Source of the DNA: Actinomycetes bacterium
GTDB lineage: Bacteria > Actinomycetota > Actinomycetes > S36-B12 > UBA5976
Assembly (NCBI GenBank): GCA_046086025.1
Contig: JBJSWT010000093.1
Location: 1 to 47,402 of the forward strand
Direction of reading: 5' to 3'
Length of the DNA stretch: 47,402 bases
Shown: one piece after another, positions 47,240-47,402 of the stretch
Layout of the letters: each line of letters begins with the position of its first letter
Numbering within the stretch: the stretch's first letter is position 1
The notes under the pieces: model-generated
Told to the model about the DNA's origin: nothing
The model's database searches: none
What the model saw: the letters and a program-made list of their open reading frames with translations, nothing else
Program-made: the position numbers and the translations under genes

Positions 47240-47402
47240 ATATTCCCCTATTTAAAGTAACTTAAGTTATAACTTAAAACAAACCACTGACAATGAAATG
47301 TCCGATTTGTTTAATTTTGAAGGGTTAAGCCCTCTGGAAAATCATTAATTACTTCTTTTGCAACTTGAAAACTTAAATTTGCTGAATAGCCTTTTCTTGC
47401 TA

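Noticed and set aside
47344-47402. Minus-strand frame open to the window edge (...SKKRLFSKFKFSSCKRSN-stop) as the 3' end of another gene
   Set aside because: Only 19 codons are visible and no motif is present. A neighbouring frame that looked longer has a stop at the window edge. This cannot be supported as a feature.
1-47402. Whole-window screen for mobile elements, prophage, defence islands, toxin-antitoxin pairs, tRNA/rRNA and CRISPR
   Set aside because: There are no integrase, transposase or recombinase genes, no terminal or long direct repeats, no tRNA-like sequences in any spacer, and no small paired ORFs of TA type. Apart from two secreted proteins, every gene belongs to conserved housekeeping or metabolic families in conserved actinobacterial order.

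Overview
This is a 47.4-kb, AT-rich, very gene-dense chromosomal segment with 45 supported CDS, mostly separated by 0-60 nt or overlapping. Gene content and order match the conserved actinobacterial core. From memory, the order parallels the Mycobacterium tuberculosis Rv2671-Rv2737 neighbourhood: ribD-like, msrB, DUF3000, RNase D, dxs, then TRAM RNA methyltransferase, Rv2690c-like permease, ceoB/ceoC, DUF3159, OB-fold, dut, DUF3093, DUF4193, suhB, sigA, then hflX, dapF, miaA, miaB. Low GC plus actinobacterial synteny suggests a genome-streamlined planktonic actinobacterium (acI/Nanopelagicales-like); this is inference only. Blocks set into that backbone are: acnA plus a xylose cluster (xylB, xylA, CUT2-type ABC transporter xylFGH-like, aldose epimerase); parC-like/FNR/parE-like; metY-metX behind a SAM-IV-type riboswitch; and tgt with a YhhQ-type queuosine-precursor transporter. 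I found no rRNA, tRNA, CRISPR, transposase, integrase, phage genes or recognisable defence or toxin-antitoxin modules. The window therefore looks like ordinary core genome, and I cannot support a claim of a new multi-gene system. The observations most worth a second look are listed here. (1) A type IIA topoisomerase A subunit ends exactly after the breakage-reunion domain, with no C-terminal beta-pinwheel. (2) A KimA-like K+ transporter is divergently paired with two TrkA/RCK genes and no TrkH. (3) The primary sigma factor has a ~140-aa histone-H1-like K/A/P repeat followed by an acidic block. (4) The SAM-IV aptamer sits unusually far from its start codon. (5) The sugar-binding-protein gene is a strong codon-usage and GC outlier, followed by an intercistronic stem-loop. 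(6) The Tgt has a divergent substrate-pocket segment and sits next to yhhQ. (7) Two Cys-paired secreted proteins have unknown function. All homology calls were made by eye from motifs in the supplied translations, with no searches run.
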